Source: Syntrophales bacterium
Lineage (GTDB): Bacteria > Desulfobacterota > Syntrophia > Syntrophales > UBA4778
Assembly: GCA_963665615.2 (NCBI GenBank)
Contig: CAXXQE010000008.1
Coordinates: 434,001-498,000 of the forward strand
Direction of reading: 5' to 3'
Length of the DNA stretch: 64,000 bases
Under the pieces are notes generated by a model. That model searched no databases. It saw nothing but the letters and a program-made list of their open reading frames with translations, and was not told where the DNA came from. The translations under genes and the position numbers were made by a program. Positions 17,393 through 27,774 of the stretch are shown in pieces (within the stretch, counting starts at the first letter, position 1; the number at the start of each line of letters is the position of its first letter).

Positions 17393-17608
17393 GAATGTAA
17401 CTCCTCAGAAGAAGCAAAAACTTGCACGACCGTATCACAGAACGCGACATCGTCCAAGCGGATTCACTGTTTGGCGGCGGACAGCGGTTGCGTTATGATG
17501 CACAAACCGGTATTAAGGTTGAGCCGCCGGCGCCTTTGGCGCCCTTAATATAGCGCGGCCCCGAAATAAACGTGAGCGCCTTCTCACTTTGTGGAGCGTC
17601 TAGATCGT

Positions 17609-18865
17609 ATGTCTCAACGGAAAACTTTTTCATCGATGAATCGCCCACCACAGTCGAGCGGCACCTTCCCCTCCCGCACGTCAGCCAGAACGCTGGCGTG
17701 GACCCTGGGAGCCCTGTCCGCTTTCGCGCCCTTCGCGATCGACATGTATCTGCCGGCCTTCCCCCGCATTGCCCGGGATCTCTCCACAACAACCGGCGCG
17801 GTGCAGATGACGCTGGCTGTTTTTCTTTTCGGAATGGCGGTCGGGCAGGTTGTCTGGGGCACCCTGAGTGACAGGGCCGGACGGCGCGGGCCGCTGATGC
17901 TCGGCTGCCTGCTTTTCAGCGCGACGGCCATGGTCTGCGCACTGTCACAGTCCATCCAGTCGCTGATCGCCTCCCGTTTTCTCATGGGCTTGGGCGGATC
18001 GGCGGGCATGGTCGTCTCCCGTGCGATCGTTCGGGATCTGTATGAAGAAAGGGAAGCGGCGGCGTTCTATTCGATGATGATGATCGTCGGCGGCATCGGC
18101 CCCATCGTTTCACCTTTTCTGGGAAGCCTCCTGCTGACCTATGGCGGCTGGCGCGAGATCTTCTGGTCTATTACGCTGTTCGGTGTCCTCTGCCTGGCGG
18201 CTTGCATGCTTGCGATTCCGGAAACCCTTCCCCGCGAAAACCGGATGCGGGGCCATATCGCGGAGGTCTTTAAGGGATACGGACGCGTTATGATCCATCC
18301 CGGTTTTGTCGGTCCGGCCCTGGCGATCGGCTGCACGTCCGGCATTCTCTTCAGTTACATTGCCAACGCCTCCTTTATTTTTATCGAGCTGTTCGGTGTT
18401 CCGGTCGGCTTTTTCGGATTCCTGTTTGCGACGAATTCGCTCGGGCTTTATATCGGCGGTCAATCCAATCGCTGGTTGCTCAGGCGGTTTACGGCAGACC
18501 AGATTTTACGCAAGGCCATGCATTTCAATGTCTGCTTCGGGCTGCTGCTGGTGGTCGCTGCCGCCACGGGTTTCGGCGGTTTTCCGCTGCTGTTTTCCCT
18601 CCTGTTCCTATGCATCGGCACACTGGGACTGATTTTTCCGAACGCCACGGCCATGGCGATGCAACCCTTTGCCGCAGAGGCCGGAAGCGCTTCGGCCCTG
18701 CTCGGCACCATCCAATCCGTCATCGGCGCCACGGGCGGCGCCCTGGTCGGGATCTTCCACGACGGAACGGCATTTCCGATGGCGACCCTGATCGCCGCCT
18801 ACGGCCTGTTGGCGCAGGGGATAGTGTTGTTGACGCGAACGGGCAAGTCCCCCAGTCTCAAGTAA
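17609..18865 (+). CDS. Bcr/CflA family multidrug MFS transporter
   Basis: IDMYLPAFP, GTLSDRAGRR, SRAIVRDLY, PETLP. Confidence 0.93.
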   Translation: MSQRKTFSSMNRPPQSSGTFPSRTSARTLAWTLGALSAFAPFAIDMYLPAFPRIARDLSTTTGAVQMTLAVFLFGMAVGQVVWGTLSDRAGRRGPLMLGCLLFSATAMVCALSQSIQSLIASRFLMGLGGSAGMVVSRAIVRDLYEEREAAAFYSMMMIVGGIGPIVSPFLGSLLLTYGGWREIFWSITLFGVLCLAACMLAIPETLPRENRMRGHIAEVFKGYGRVMIHPGFVGPALAIGCTSGILFSYIANASFIFIELFGVPVGFFGFLFATNSLGLYIGGQSNRWLLRRFTADQILRKAMHFNVCFGLLLVVAAATGFGGFPLLFSLLFLCIGTLGLIFPNATAMAMQPFAAEAGSASALLGTIQSVIGATGGALVGIFHDGTAFPMATLIAAYGLLAQGIVLLTRTGKSPSLK

Positions 18866-18900
18866 TTCCCCCCTCCTTTTCGAGCCGCGATAATATGGAC

Positions 18901-18932
18901 TTGCATATAACCGCTTAAGCGAGTATATGCAA
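18901..18932 (+). promoter_or_regulatory. ArsR operator palindrome overlapping a sigma70-type promoter
   Basis: TTGCATATA-AC-CGCTT|AAGCG-AG-TATATGCAA; -35 TTGCAT, 17-bp spacer, -10 TATATG; 21 bp upstream of arsR. Confidence 0.75.
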
Positions 18933-18953
18933 ACATGAACAACGGAGGCGCTA

Positions 18954-19322
18954 ATGGATACCCTGACAAAAATCTTCAAGTCCCTGTCCGATGAAACACG
19001 GCTCAAGATGCTCGCGCTGCTTCTGCAACAGAGAGGCGAGCTCTGCGTGTGCGACCTGATGGAGACCCTGCAGATTACGCAATCGAAGGCGTCGCGTCAT
19101 CTGCGCTATTTGCTCAATGCCGGCCTCGTGAAGGACCGGCGGGAAGCGGTCTGGGTCTATTACCGGGTCAACGAGTCGCCCTCGTCGGCTCAAAAGCAGG
19201 TTCTGGATACGCTGCAGGCGATTCTGCCGCGGGAGGTGACGAAATCGCTTACGGTATCGTTGAAACAATGGCTGACGCGCAAACAGTGTCAGGGCGGGTG
19301 CAATGAGCGAGGGGAAAGATGA
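18954..19322 (+). CDS. arsR: ArsR/SmtB family repressor
   Basis: FKSLSDETRL, ELCVCDL, SRHL, WVYY. Confidence 0.93.
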   Translation: MDTLTKIFKSLSDETRLKMLALLLQQRGELCVCDLMETLQITQSKASRHLRYLLNAGLVKDRREAVWVYYRVNESPSSAQKQVLDTLQAILPREVTKSLTVSLKQWLTRKQCQGGCNERGER

Positions 19323-19552
19323 GGAACGTGCAGATACTGGGAACGGGTTGCGCGAAGTGCAAGCAGCTTACGGCCAATGCGGAAGCGGCGGTTCGGTCTC
19401 TGGGGATCGACGCCTCTGTCGAAAAAGTCTCAGACATCCAGGAGATCATGCGGTTCGGTACCATGACGACGCCGGCGCTTGCCGTCGATGGCAAGGTGCG
19501 CAGCGCAGGGAAGCTCTTGTCAACAGAGGACATCAAGAAACTGCTTGGGTAA
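19319..19552 (+). CDS. Small thioredoxin-like redox protein (MTH895 type)
   Basis: ILGTGCAKC, TPALAVDG. Confidence 0.9.
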   Translation: MRNVQILGTGCAKCKQLTANAEAAVRSLGIDASVEKVSDIQEIMRFGTMTTPALAVDGKVRSAGKLLSTEDIKKLLG

Positions 19553-19569
19553 TTTGAAAAGGAACGATT

Positions 19570-20658
19570 ATGAGCGAACATCTTTCTAAAAGACTTTCAT
19601 TTCTCGACCGGTTTCTCACGGTGTGGATTTTTGCAGCCATGGCCGTCGGCGTCGTAATCGGTTATGTCTACCCCGGCATCTCTGGATTCTGGAACCGCTT
19701 CAATGTCGGGACGACCAATGTGCCGCTGGCGGCCGGACTTATCCTGATGATGTATCCACCGCTCGCCAAGGTGCGCTATGAAGAAATGGGCCCGGTTTTT
19801 AAAAACCTGAAGGTTCTTGGGCTGTCGCTGGTACAGAACTGGGTTGTGGGGCCGGTCCTCATGTTCGCGCTGGCCGTTCTCTTTCTGAGCGACAAGCCGG
19901 AGTACATGGTGGGGCTCATCCTGATCGGGCTGGCGCGCTGTATCGCCATGGTCATCGTCTGGAACGACCTGGCCCAGGGGGATTGTGAATATTGCGCGGG
20001 ACTCGTGGCGTTCAACTCGATCTTTCAGGTTCTCTTCTTCTCGGTCTACGCCTATGTTTTCATTACCGTCCTGCCGACGTGGTTCGGGCTCAAGGGCGTG
20101 GTGGTCCATGTTACCATCGGCCAGATTGCGAAGAGCGTCTTCATCTATCTGGGGATTCCCTTTCTGGCCGGCGTGATCACGCGCTTTACGCTGATTATGC
20201 TGAAGGACAAGACGTGGTATCACACGACCTTCATCCCGAAGATCAGCCCCATGACACTGGTAGCCCTGCTCTTTACGATCGTGGTAATGTTCTCATACAA
20301 AGGCCAGTATATCGTCAACCTCCCGCTCGATGTGGTGCGGATTGCGATTCCGCTGCTCATCTACTTCGTGCTGATGTTCTTCATCTCATTCTTCATGAGC
20401 AAGCGGGTGCATGCCACCTACGGTCAGGCCACAACGCTGAGTTTCACGGCGGCCTCCAACAACTTCGAGCTGGCGATCGCCGTGGCGATCGCAACCTTCG
20501 GCATCAACCACGGCGGGGCCTTCGCGGCAGTTATCGGGCCGCTGGTCGAAGTGCCGGTCATGATCGGGCTGGTGGTTGTGGCGCTTTATCTCAAGAAACG
20601 TCTGTACGGCAACGGTTCCGATGCGCCGGCACAGAAAAGTGAAAGCTGTTCATGCTGA
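19570..20658 (+). CDS. acr3: Acr3 family arsenite efflux transporter
   Basis: [42 protein letters not shown]. Confidence 0.95.
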   Translation: MSEHLSKRLSFLDRFLTVWIFAAMAVGVVIGYVYPGISGFWNRFNVGTTNVPLAAGLILMMYPPLAKVRYEEMGPVFKNLKVLGLSLVQNWVVGPVLMFALAVLFLSDKPEYMVGLILIGLARCIAMVIVWNDLAQGDCEYCAGLVAFNSIFQVLFFSVYAYVFITVLPTWFGLKGVVVHVTIGQIAKSVFIYLGIPFLAGVITRFTLIMLKDKTWYHTTFIPKISPMTLVALLFTIVVMFSYKGQYIVNLPLDVVRIAIPLLIYFVLMFFISFFMSKRVHATYGQATTLSFTAASNNFELAIAVAIATFGINHGGAFAAVIGPLVEVPVMIGLVVVALYLKKRLYGNGSDAPAQKSESCSC

Positions 20659-21716
20659 CGATCGTGAAAGAGCAACGCGCTGCATCGGGAAGCCGGGGAT
20701 TGTGGCTGCGCCTTATCGCGTTTGCAGCACTCTGGGCTCTGGTTTACAGTGCCCTAAAACCGACCGCCGATTGGCTGACAACCGAAGTACTCGGCCTGGA
20801 TCAGGCGACCCGCTTCGGCAGCGCCGTGGCCTTCTTTCTCTACGATGCCCCGAAGGTGCTGCTGCTCCTGATTCTGATCGTATTCGCTGTGGGCATCGTC
20901 AATACTTTTTTCACACCCGAACGTACGCGCAGCATTCTGGCGGGACGCCGGGAGTTTATTGGCAATATACTGGCCTCCATGCTGGGGATTGTTACCCCCT
21001 TCTGTTCCTGCTCGGCCGTTCCGCTCTTTATCGGTTTCGTCCAGGCGGGCGTGCCGCTCGGGGTTACGCTGTCCTTTCTGATTGCGGCGCCGATGATCAA
21101 CGAGATCGCGCTCGTTCTGCTCTTCGGGATGTTCGGCGTCAAGGTGGCGCTGATGTATGTGGGCACGGGCCTTGCGATCGCGATGTCAGCGGGATGGGTG
21201 ATCGGCAGGCTCGGGATGGAGCGCCACGTCGAAGGCTGGGTCTATGAAATGCAGACGGCACAGTGCGGGTGCTGTGGCGGTTCGCCGCCGGCAGGGGTCC
21301 GCTGGCCGGAGCGGGTTGCGGCGGGCTGGCAATCGGTAAAGGATGTAGTCGGAAAGGTCTGGCCATACATTCTCGGCGGAATTGCGGTCGGTGCGGGCAT
21401 CCACGGCTACGTGCCCGAGGGACTGCTGGCGTCGTTCATGGGCAAAGGCGCCTGGTGGTCCGTGCCGCTGGCCGTTTTGATCGGGGTGCCGATGTATTCG
21501 AACGCGGCCGGCATCATCCCCGTCGTGCACGCCCTTCTGGAAAAGGGCGCAGCGCTGGGGACCGCGCTGGCCTTCATGATGGCGGTGATCGGCCTGTCGC
21601 TTCCCGAGACGATTATTTTACGCAAGGTACTCCGGCTTCCGCTGATTGCCGTATTCATGGGGGTAGTCGCTGTCGGGATTATTGCGGTAGGATATCTCTT
21701 CAACAGCCTGATATAA
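20652..21716 (+). CDS. arsP: ArsP/DUF318 family permease
   Basis: TPFCSCS, IHGYVP, GVPMYSN, LSLPE. Confidence 0.88.
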   Translation: MLTIVKEQRAASGSRGLWLRLIAFAALWALVYSALKPTADWLTTEVLGLDQATRFGSAVAFFLYDAPKVLLLLILIVFAVGIVNTFFTPERTRSILAGRREFIGNILASMLGIVTPFCSCSAVPLFIGFVQAGVPLGVTLSFLIAAPMINEIALVLLFGMFGVKVALMYVGTGLAIAMSAGWVIGRLGMERHVEGWVYEMQTAQCGCCGGSPPAGVRWPERVAAGWQSVKDVVGKVWPYILGGIAVGAGIHGYVPEGLLASFMGKGAWWSVPLAVLIGVPMYSNAAGIIPVVHALLEKGAALGTALAFMMAVIGLSLPETIILRKVLRLPLIAVFMGVVAVGIIAVGYLFNSLI

Positions 21717-21789
21717 GGCGATTTGAGGATCGATCATAAAACACTGTGGAAGATCGGCACGCTGCAAACGATTGAGAGGAGCGGTCAGC

Positions 21790-22566
21790 ATGAAAATCTC
21801 GTGGCTTTATCGAATGGCAATGGTTGTGGTTCTGATATGCCTGATCCATTCCGTTGCGTTTGGCGCTTCTGAGAACCAGACCACCCGGATCTTTCAACCC
21901 GGGGAAAAGTGGACCTACCGCGTCATGTGGGGGGTCGTCAACGCCGGAGACCTTGTCATGGAGGTCTTGCCCATGACGACCGTTAATGGCGTCGAGGCCT
22001 ATCACTTCGTGATGGACACAAAAACAAATAGCCTCGTCGATTGGATTTACAAGGTGCGGGAACGCCAGGAATCCTTCGTCGATACTGCCATGACTCACAG
22101 CCTGCTTTACAAAAAGAAGAGCGAGGGGAAACACCCGCGCGATGTCGTAGTGGACTTTGACTGGTCGGCCTTGCGGGCCGTACGTTCAAACTTTGGAGAA
22201 AAAATGGTCCCGGTGACCATTGTGCCGGGAACTTTCGACAGCCTGGCGCTTTTTTATACCATCCGTCGTCACGATCTCAGGCAAAGGGGATCGATCCAGG
22301 TTCCTGTCACAAATGGAGATGATCTGATCATGGTGCAAGCGGCTATCGGTAAAAAAGAACGCATGGAGATCGCCGGCAGGACCTATGACACCATTGAGGT
22401 GATTCCGGACATGAAGCGCCTGGAGGATCAGGCCGTGGTGAAAAAAGGGCAGGTTCCGGATCTGACGATCTGGTTCACCGATGACGACCGCAAGATCCCC
22501 GTCAAAATTCGAAGCAAGGTGGTAGTAGGGTACTTTGTCTTCGAACTGATCTCGATCGCGCCTTGA
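21790..22566 (+). CDS. Exported protein, DUF3108-like
   Basis: Signal peptide; FQPGEK, IYKVR, IWFTDDDRKIPVKI. Confidence 0.78.
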   Translation: MKISWLYRMAMVVVLICLIHSVAFGASENQTTRIFQPGEKWTYRVMWGVVNAGDLVMEVLPMTTVNGVEAYHFVMDTKTNSLVDWIYKVRERQESFVDTAMTHSLLYKKKSEGKHPRDVVVDFDWSALRAVRSNFGEKMVPVTIVPGTFDSLALFYTIRRHDLRQRGSIQVPVTNGDDLIMVQAAIGKKERMEIAGRTYDTIEVIPDMKRLEDQAVVKKGQVPDLTIWFTDDDRKIPVKIRSKVVVGYFVFELISIAP

Positions 22567-22708
22567 GCAACCAAGGCGGTTTCGCCCTGCTACCTAAGGA
22601 TTGCTTCCCATTTCTTTTCCTTGACAGAACGCTTTGGAACGATTAAGGAAATGTCCGGTATGTCTCCGCAGGAAGGGATAAATTAAGGATAGGACAATTT
22701 TAAAACGT

Positions 22709-23062
22709 ATGATGAATCCCGTGTTTCAATCCATATTTCTGCTGATATGCAGTAACGTTTTTATGACCTTCGCCTGGTATGCGCACTTGAGAAACCTGAA
22801 CGGCAAGCCGTGGCTCTTTGCGGCAATCGCCAGTTGGGGGATTGCGCTCTTCGAGTACCTCCTTCAAGTGCCTGCAAACCGGATCGGCTATCAGACCCTC
22901 AACCTCGGCCAGTTGAAGATCCTCCAGGAGGTGATTACCCTGAGCGTCTTTGTGCCTTTTTCCTTTTTTTACATGAAAGAACCACTCAAGCTGGACTATT
23001 TCTGGGCCATGCTGTGCATGATGGGAGCGGTTTTCTTTATTTTCCGCAGTCGGATGGTTTAA
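22709..23062 (+). CDS. Small DMT family membrane protein (DMT_6/DUF486)
   Basis: SNVFMTFAWYAHL, SWGIALFEY, QVPANRIG, QLKILQE. Confidence 0.88.
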   Translation: MMNPVFQSIFLLICSNVFMTFAWYAHLRNLNGKPWLFAAIASWGIALFEYLLQVPANRIGYQTLNLGQLKILQEVITLSVFVPFSFFYMKEPLKLDYFWAMLCMMGAVFFIFRSRMV

Positions 23063-23166
23063 GTCCGTGTCGATAAGCGTTTTGTATTTTAATAGCCATA
23101 AATAAACATCCATGACGAATTGGATATCGTGACGAACGAACAACACAATAACGGAGGAGACAGACG

Positions 23167-23634
23167 ATGGCTGAGAAGAAAGCGGTTCAGGTCGGTAAAA
23201 CGGTCAAGGATTTCTCGTTGAAGGATCAGAATGCCAAGGGGTTCAAACTGTCCGATCTGGCGGGCAAGCGGGTGTTGCTCTCTTTTCATCCATTGGCTTG
23301 GACGTCGGTTTGCGCTCAACAGATGCAGGCCCTCGAAAAGAATAAAAAGGCCCTCGACAAACTCAATACCGTAGCCGTCGGCCTCAGCGTGGACAGCGTT
23401 CCGTGCAAGGCCGCATGGGCGAAAAGCCTGAGGATCAAAAACACAAGGCTGCTTGCAGATTTCTGGCCTCACGGCGGTGTGGCAAAGGCCTTGGGAATTT
23501 TGCGGGCGGAAGGTTTTTCGGAGCGGGCCAATATCATACTGAATGAAAAGGGGAAGGCTGTCTTCAGCAAGGTGTATCCGATCCATGAGCTTCCCGACAT
23601 GGTGGAGATTCTGGACGCGCTCAAGAATCTCTAA
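23167..23634 (+). CDS. Peroxiredoxin/redoxin (AhpC/TSA family)
   Basis: DFSLKDQ, FHPLAWTSVC, SVDS, LADFWPHG; GGAGGA RBS. Confidence 0.9.
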   Translation: MAEKKAVQVGKTVKDFSLKDQNAKGFKLSDLAGKRVLLSFHPLAWTSVCAQQMQALEKNKKALDKLNTVAVGLSVDSVPCKAAWAKSLRIKNTRLLADFWPHGGVAKALGILRAEGFSERANIILNEKGKAVFSKVYPIHELPDMVEILDALKNL

Positions 23635-23734
23635 GCCGTCGATTGGCTGTCCTGCGGCAGGCGGTCTGTCGAGGTACACCGCCTGCCGCTGTTGCGTTTT
23701 GTTTTTTCCCGCCGGGGGTTTTTCCTTTTACTCA

Positions 23735-24044
23735 TGATGGTCTTGTAAAAAGTCAAGGGAATGCGGATGACGGGCTGGCTCTCTGCCGCTCAAAAATCTT
23801 TTTCCGTCATGTTCAGCGCCAAATTGCCAATGCCGTCGAACTGGAAAAATCTTTGAATTCGTTAGCGAGCGTAGCCACGCGGTCTGCCGCGGCGAAAGCG
23901 AGCGCATCAGGATGGGGCATCTTCCCTGGGAATCGGTGATTCGCCGGAGCTTGCTCCGGGGAGTCGCCAATCGCGTTCGAGACCCAATCCGTCATCCTCT
24001 TGTTTTATGATTGATACGTTATTCGATTTTTTACGAGACCATCA
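23735..24044. mobile_element. 310-bp non-autonomous element (MITE) with nested inverted repeats
   Basis: Ends TGATGGTCTTGTAAAAAGTC / GATTTTTTACGAGACCATCA (18/20 complementary); inner GGATGACGG/CCGTCATCC; contains the palindrome at 23932-23964. Confidence 0.72.
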
Positions 24045-24073
24045 CTCTTGACTTGTAACTGCGGCAACAGCCG

Positions 24074-25294
24074 CTAAAATTTGCGTGTGAAACTCAGGGC
24101 AATGAGCTGCGAGGACCCGTCGGTGTAACGTCCGCCGAAGATGCCTTCGCTGGGATGCGCGGCAACGCTGCGATCTTTGAGAATCATGTAAGTATAGGAA
24201 AAATCGCTGGCCCAGGCGCCCCGGTGGTAGCCGATCCCGCAACTCATCATGTGGCGATCGTTTTCGGGCAGGACGTAGTCCAGCAGATTCTCCCTCTGCG
24301 GGGCCTCATCGTAGGCATAACCGAGCCGCACATCCCAGTTCGGCGTTGCCTTCCATTCCATAGCAATCAGATAGCGCGCCACGTTTTTCCAATTTTTTTG
24401 GGATGAGCTCACGGAGCGTCCGCCAACGGGTTGTTCAAAGGCCATCTCGAGCTTGTCGTAGCTCTGCCAACCGGTCCAGAAGACGCCACCGCCAATGGAA
24501 AGCGTTTTCGTCAAATTCGTATTGACACCAAAGAGAATCATATCGGGGAGGGTTATGTCTCCCTTGGCGTTTGTGCCGGGATAAAGCACCGACGAGGGAT
24601 TGCTGGTCGCCGTCCCTTTGATGGTATGATCGACGCGACTGCGGTAGGCAAGGCCCAACTGCATCCAATCCGTCGGCTTGTATTGCACGGACAGGTTCCA
24701 TCCCCATCCCCAGGAATCCCCGGACAAGTGAAAATCCGTTTCGGGAACACCGCCGTATGGCGGTAACTTCCTGGACATAGACAGGTCCAACCACATGACG
24801 CTCAGGCCCACGGCAATCGAAACGCGATCATTGATGCGCCAGGCGATGTTCGGATTCGCCTCCATTTCCTTCATTTTGGTGCGATAGTTATTGTATCGAC
24901 CCGGCCAGGACTGGGTGAATTCGGTACCGAGGCCGAAGCGGGAGAAAACACCGATACCGGCGTACCAGTTGGCATTGATCTGTTGCGTTACATAGAGAAA
25001 CGGAATGGCGTAGCGATTCTTCTCCATATCGGTCCGGACCCCCAGCGCTTCGACGGTATTCTCCGGCATGATAAGCGAAACGCCGCACATCGCCTGAGCG
25101 CCAGCAAGCTGGGTGATGCCGGCAGGGTTGAAGTACAGGGCGGACGGATCATCGGCAGACGCCGTCAACGCCGCGCCCAATACATTGCCGCGCGGGCTTC
25201 CGTCGTATCGAACGAAACCGCCACCAAAGGCCGGTGCGGCACACAGAACCATGAGACAGATGGACAACAGCGAACAACCCCTTCTTCCACGCAT
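24074..25294 (-). CDS. FadL/OmpP1 long-chain fatty acid outer-membrane channel
   Basis: Signal peptide, ADDPSALYFNPAG, FGLGTE, C-terminal Phe. Confidence 0.9.
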   Translation of the reverse strand: MRGRRGCSLLSICLMVLCAAPAFGGGFVRYDGSPRGNVLGAALTASADDPSALYFNPAGITQLAGAQAMCGVSLIMPENTVEALGVRTDMEKNRYAIPFLYVTQQINANWYAGIGVFSRFGLGTEFTQSWPGRYNNYRTKMKEMEANPNIAWRINDRVSIAVGLSVMWLDLSMSRKLPPYGGVPETDFHLSGDSWGWGWNLSVQYKPTDWMQLGLAYRSRVDHTIKGTATSNPSSVLYPGTNAKGDITLPDMILFGVNTNLTKTLSIGGGVFWTGWQSYDKLEMAFEQPVGGRSVSSSQKNWKNVARYLIAMEWKATPNWDVRLGYAYDEAPQRENLLDYVLPENDRHMMSCGIGYHRGAWASDFSYTYMILKDRSVAAHPSEGIFGGRYTDGSSQLIALSFTRKF

Positions 25295-25336
25295 ATCAAG
25301 CCCTCCATGCAAATGCGATGGTACGACGGTAAACGG

Positions 25337-26746
25337 CTATTCCACTATGCGAACCCGGTCGATTTTTTCCAGGAAAGGCCCGCTGCGCGTCTCCTCCTCC
25401 AGGTTGAGGTCTGTCACGACGATGCGGTTGACGACATAGAAGACATCGTTATTGTTGACGCGGGTATGATACCCATACATGCCGTGAATGGCATAAGCGG
25501 TGGCGTCAACGGTGCCAAGATAGAGCATGATGTGTCCCGTCATTCTCAAAAGGGTAACCCCACCGATACCCCGGGTCCGGAGCAGCTCATTTTTTTCCGT
25601 CAGCGGTGTTTCCCGATTGAAGCCTTCCAGCGCACGTCCGGTCTGTGATTGGGACAGGGAGTTGCGGGGCAGCTCTACGCCGGTTGTCGCAAAGACACCC
25701 CGGATAAAACTCGAACAGTCCTGTTCGCCGTTGAGATCCCCCCACCCATAGGGGCTGTTGAGAAACTCGAACGCTTGGTAGATAATCGTGCGCGGTGTAT
25801 AAGGCAGGTAGCCGATGTGAACATCCCTTTTTCTCAGGAAAGCGGCAATCAGACGAACGGAGCCGTCGGGATTGCGATCGGGGAGAAGAACCTCCACCAC
25901 CTCGCCGTGGTCCTGCCGGAGAGGCAAGCGCTGCCCCATCCGGGCGTGGGACCCGTACACCGTCATTGCGCGGTTCAGGTATAAATCCCCCTTGGAAGCG
26001 GTAATCACGATGAACTTGGGCGTACGGACGTAGGCCTTCATATCCTCAAAGGCACAGGTTGCAATATGGCTGTTTTGAACCCATCCTTCACCGGACGGGG
26101 CAATGATATAACGCCATTCCCCGTCGCGGCTGGTATGAAGGAGCGCCACAGGGGTTCCGATATCAAGGACACTGTTTTGAAGACGGTCGAAATCGCGATT
26201 GATCCGCGCAAGATAGAGGCCAGCGGCTGTCGGCAAAACGCGCTGTTCTGCGTTTTTAACGATCAGTCCGAAACCAACCTTGATTTCGGCGGGAATGGCG
26301 CCGAGATTCTGGTTCTCGAAATAGGGGTCGAGATGCGCTTTGTCCACCGCAGTGCCTTGGCTGTTATAAAGCTTGCGATAAGAAACCCGGGATTGGTCCT
26401 GAAGAAGCGCAGAGGCAAGATCCGATCCCCGATAGGTCGGGGGGTAAGAGGCGAGATCGTATGAGACTTTGAGTTCGTTGCGGATCTTTGCATTGAGTGC
26501 CTCGATGCCCTTGGCGTCGAGCAGCACCCTGTCCGGAAAGGGATGCCTCCCGATCCAGAAACCGGGGGAGTTCATCTCCGGACGCGTTCCGGGTATGAGT
26601 GCAGGCGCAATGAGGCGGCTTACCCCTGATGGCGCCGGCTTCTTGCGCGGGGTCTGGCGTGCCTGCGCATCGACAGGCAGGGTCAAGCCGAAGGCGATCA
26701 GCGTCACTCCGATCAGTAATATATTATGATGGCGCGTCTTTTTCAT
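25337..26746 (-). CDS. NlpC/P60 peptidoglycan endopeptidase with SH3 domains
   Basis: PYGWG, DCSSF, LPRNS, GHIMLYLG; signal peptide. Confidence 0.88.
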   Translation of the reverse strand: MKKTRHHNILLIGVTLIAFGLTLPVDAQARQTPRKKPAPSGVSRLIAPALIPGTRPEMNSPGFWIGRHPFPDRVLLDAKGIEALNAKIRNELKVSYDLASYPPTYRGSDLASALLQDQSRVSYRKLYNSQGTAVDKAHLDPYFENQNLGAIPAEIKVGFGLIVKNAEQRVLPTAAGLYLARINRDFDRLQNSVLDIGTPVALLHTSRDGEWRYIIAPSGEGWVQNSHIATCAFEDMKAYVRTPKFIVITASKGDLYLNRAMTVYGSHARMGQRLPLRQDHGEVVEVLLPDRNPDGSVRLIAAFLRKRDVHIGYLPYTPRTIIYQAFEFLNSPYGWGDLNGEQDCSSFIRGVFATTGVELPRNSLSQSQTGRALEGFNRETPLTEKNELLRTRGIGGVTLLRMTGHIMLYLGTVDATAYAIHGMYGYHTRVNNNDVFYVVNRIVVTDLNLEEETRSGPFLEKIDRVRIVE

Positions 26747-26952
26747 CAAATCTCTCAGTGGTTCGAAATAATCGCAGCCTTATCAAAAATATACAAACTA
26801 TTCAACAAATCCTTTTCCCGTGCGCCGCGTCAACGCGGCAGACGAAGAAGTTCTCGGCTCACCGTTGCGAAGGGACAGTAAAAATGATATGGCTTACGGA
26901 AGCGACCAGGCTGCTTAAGCTTGCGCAACGCCCTTTTGAGAGGAAACACAAT

Positions 26953-27660
26953 ATGTATCGAAATCAGTCAGCCAGCAGCGATAGACTGGACATTCTTCGT
27001 GCGCTCGGGATTTGGATGGTCCTCAGCCTGGCAGGCCTGTCCCTGTCAGGTTGCACGCCTAGTCTGTACAGCATCGATATGCGATACCAGCCGTCGGGCG
27101 CCGCGGTCACGGAGACGGCGGGCGGCGGCAAGGTGCGCATTACGGTCGCCACCTTCGAGGATCGCCGACAGACCGCTGATACGATGATGATCGGACGGGT
27201 GATTCGGCCAACCGGCTCGCAGGCGGTGGTTGCCCCTAAATACAGATCACCGCAGGATACTGTGGCCAATGGGTTCAAAGACTATGTCGCTTCCCTTGGA
27301 TTTACAGTATCCGGGGATAAGCCCCGCTGGAACGGGAATATCGCCGCCCTCCCTTCTGAGTGGGGAGACGTGCTGATCGGCGGCAGCATCGATGAACTGG
27401 ATGTGACATGCAACAGCGGTCTGGCAAAGACAACCTATACGTCACAGATCAAACTTACAGTGTTTTTTGCGGATATAGCCGGAAAGCGGATATTTTATAA
27501 AACGACGGCTCAGAGCAGCGCCGCCCTGGATCATGTATTTTTTTCCCAGGATACGATGCAGCAACAGTTGAACAAGGTTCTGGCCGCGGCGATCGAAAAG
27601 GTCTTTGAAGGGGGCAAGGTGCAGCGTATGCTTCGGGAGAGGGCGGCATCCAAGCCCTAA
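26953..27660 (+). CDS. Lipoprotein, YajG-like
   Basis: GAGAGGA RBS, lipobox LSGC, ITVATFEDRR. Confidence 0.7.
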   Translation: MYRNQSASSDRLDILRALGIWMVLSLAGLSLSGCTPSLYSIDMRYQPSGAAVTETAGGGKVRITVATFEDRRQTADTMMIGRVIRPTGSQAVVAPKYRSPQDTVANGFKDYVASLGFTVSGDKPRWNGNIAALPSEWGDVLIGGSIDELDVTCNSGLAKTTYTSQIKLTVFFADIAGKRIFYKTTAQSSAALDHVFFSQDTMQQQLNKVLAAAIEKVFEGGKVQRMLRERAASKP

Positions 27661-27706
27661 TCCATGAGTAAGTATATCATGTTAAATCACTTTTTCCCCT
27701 CTATGG

Positions 27707-27739
27707 ATCGGAGATTCGCCGGAGCTTGCTCCGGGGAGT
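27707..27739. repeat. Palindromic repeat, second copy of 23932-23964
   Basis: ATCGGAGATTCGCCGGAGCTTGCTCCGGGGAGT, 32/33 identical to the first copy. Confidence 0.8.
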
Positions 27740-27774
27740 ATCCAATTTTTCATCATAATCAGATATAATTATAA

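Noticed and set aside
17393..17600. Possible glycine riboswitch upstream of the alanine/glycine symporter
   Set aside because: Conserved GGAGA...CCGAAG...CTCAGG elements not found on the minus strand.
20640..20670. Selenocysteine read-through after the Acr3 SCSC-TGA end
   Set aside because: Another in-frame TGA follows after two codons, and arsP already starts at the overlapping ATG.
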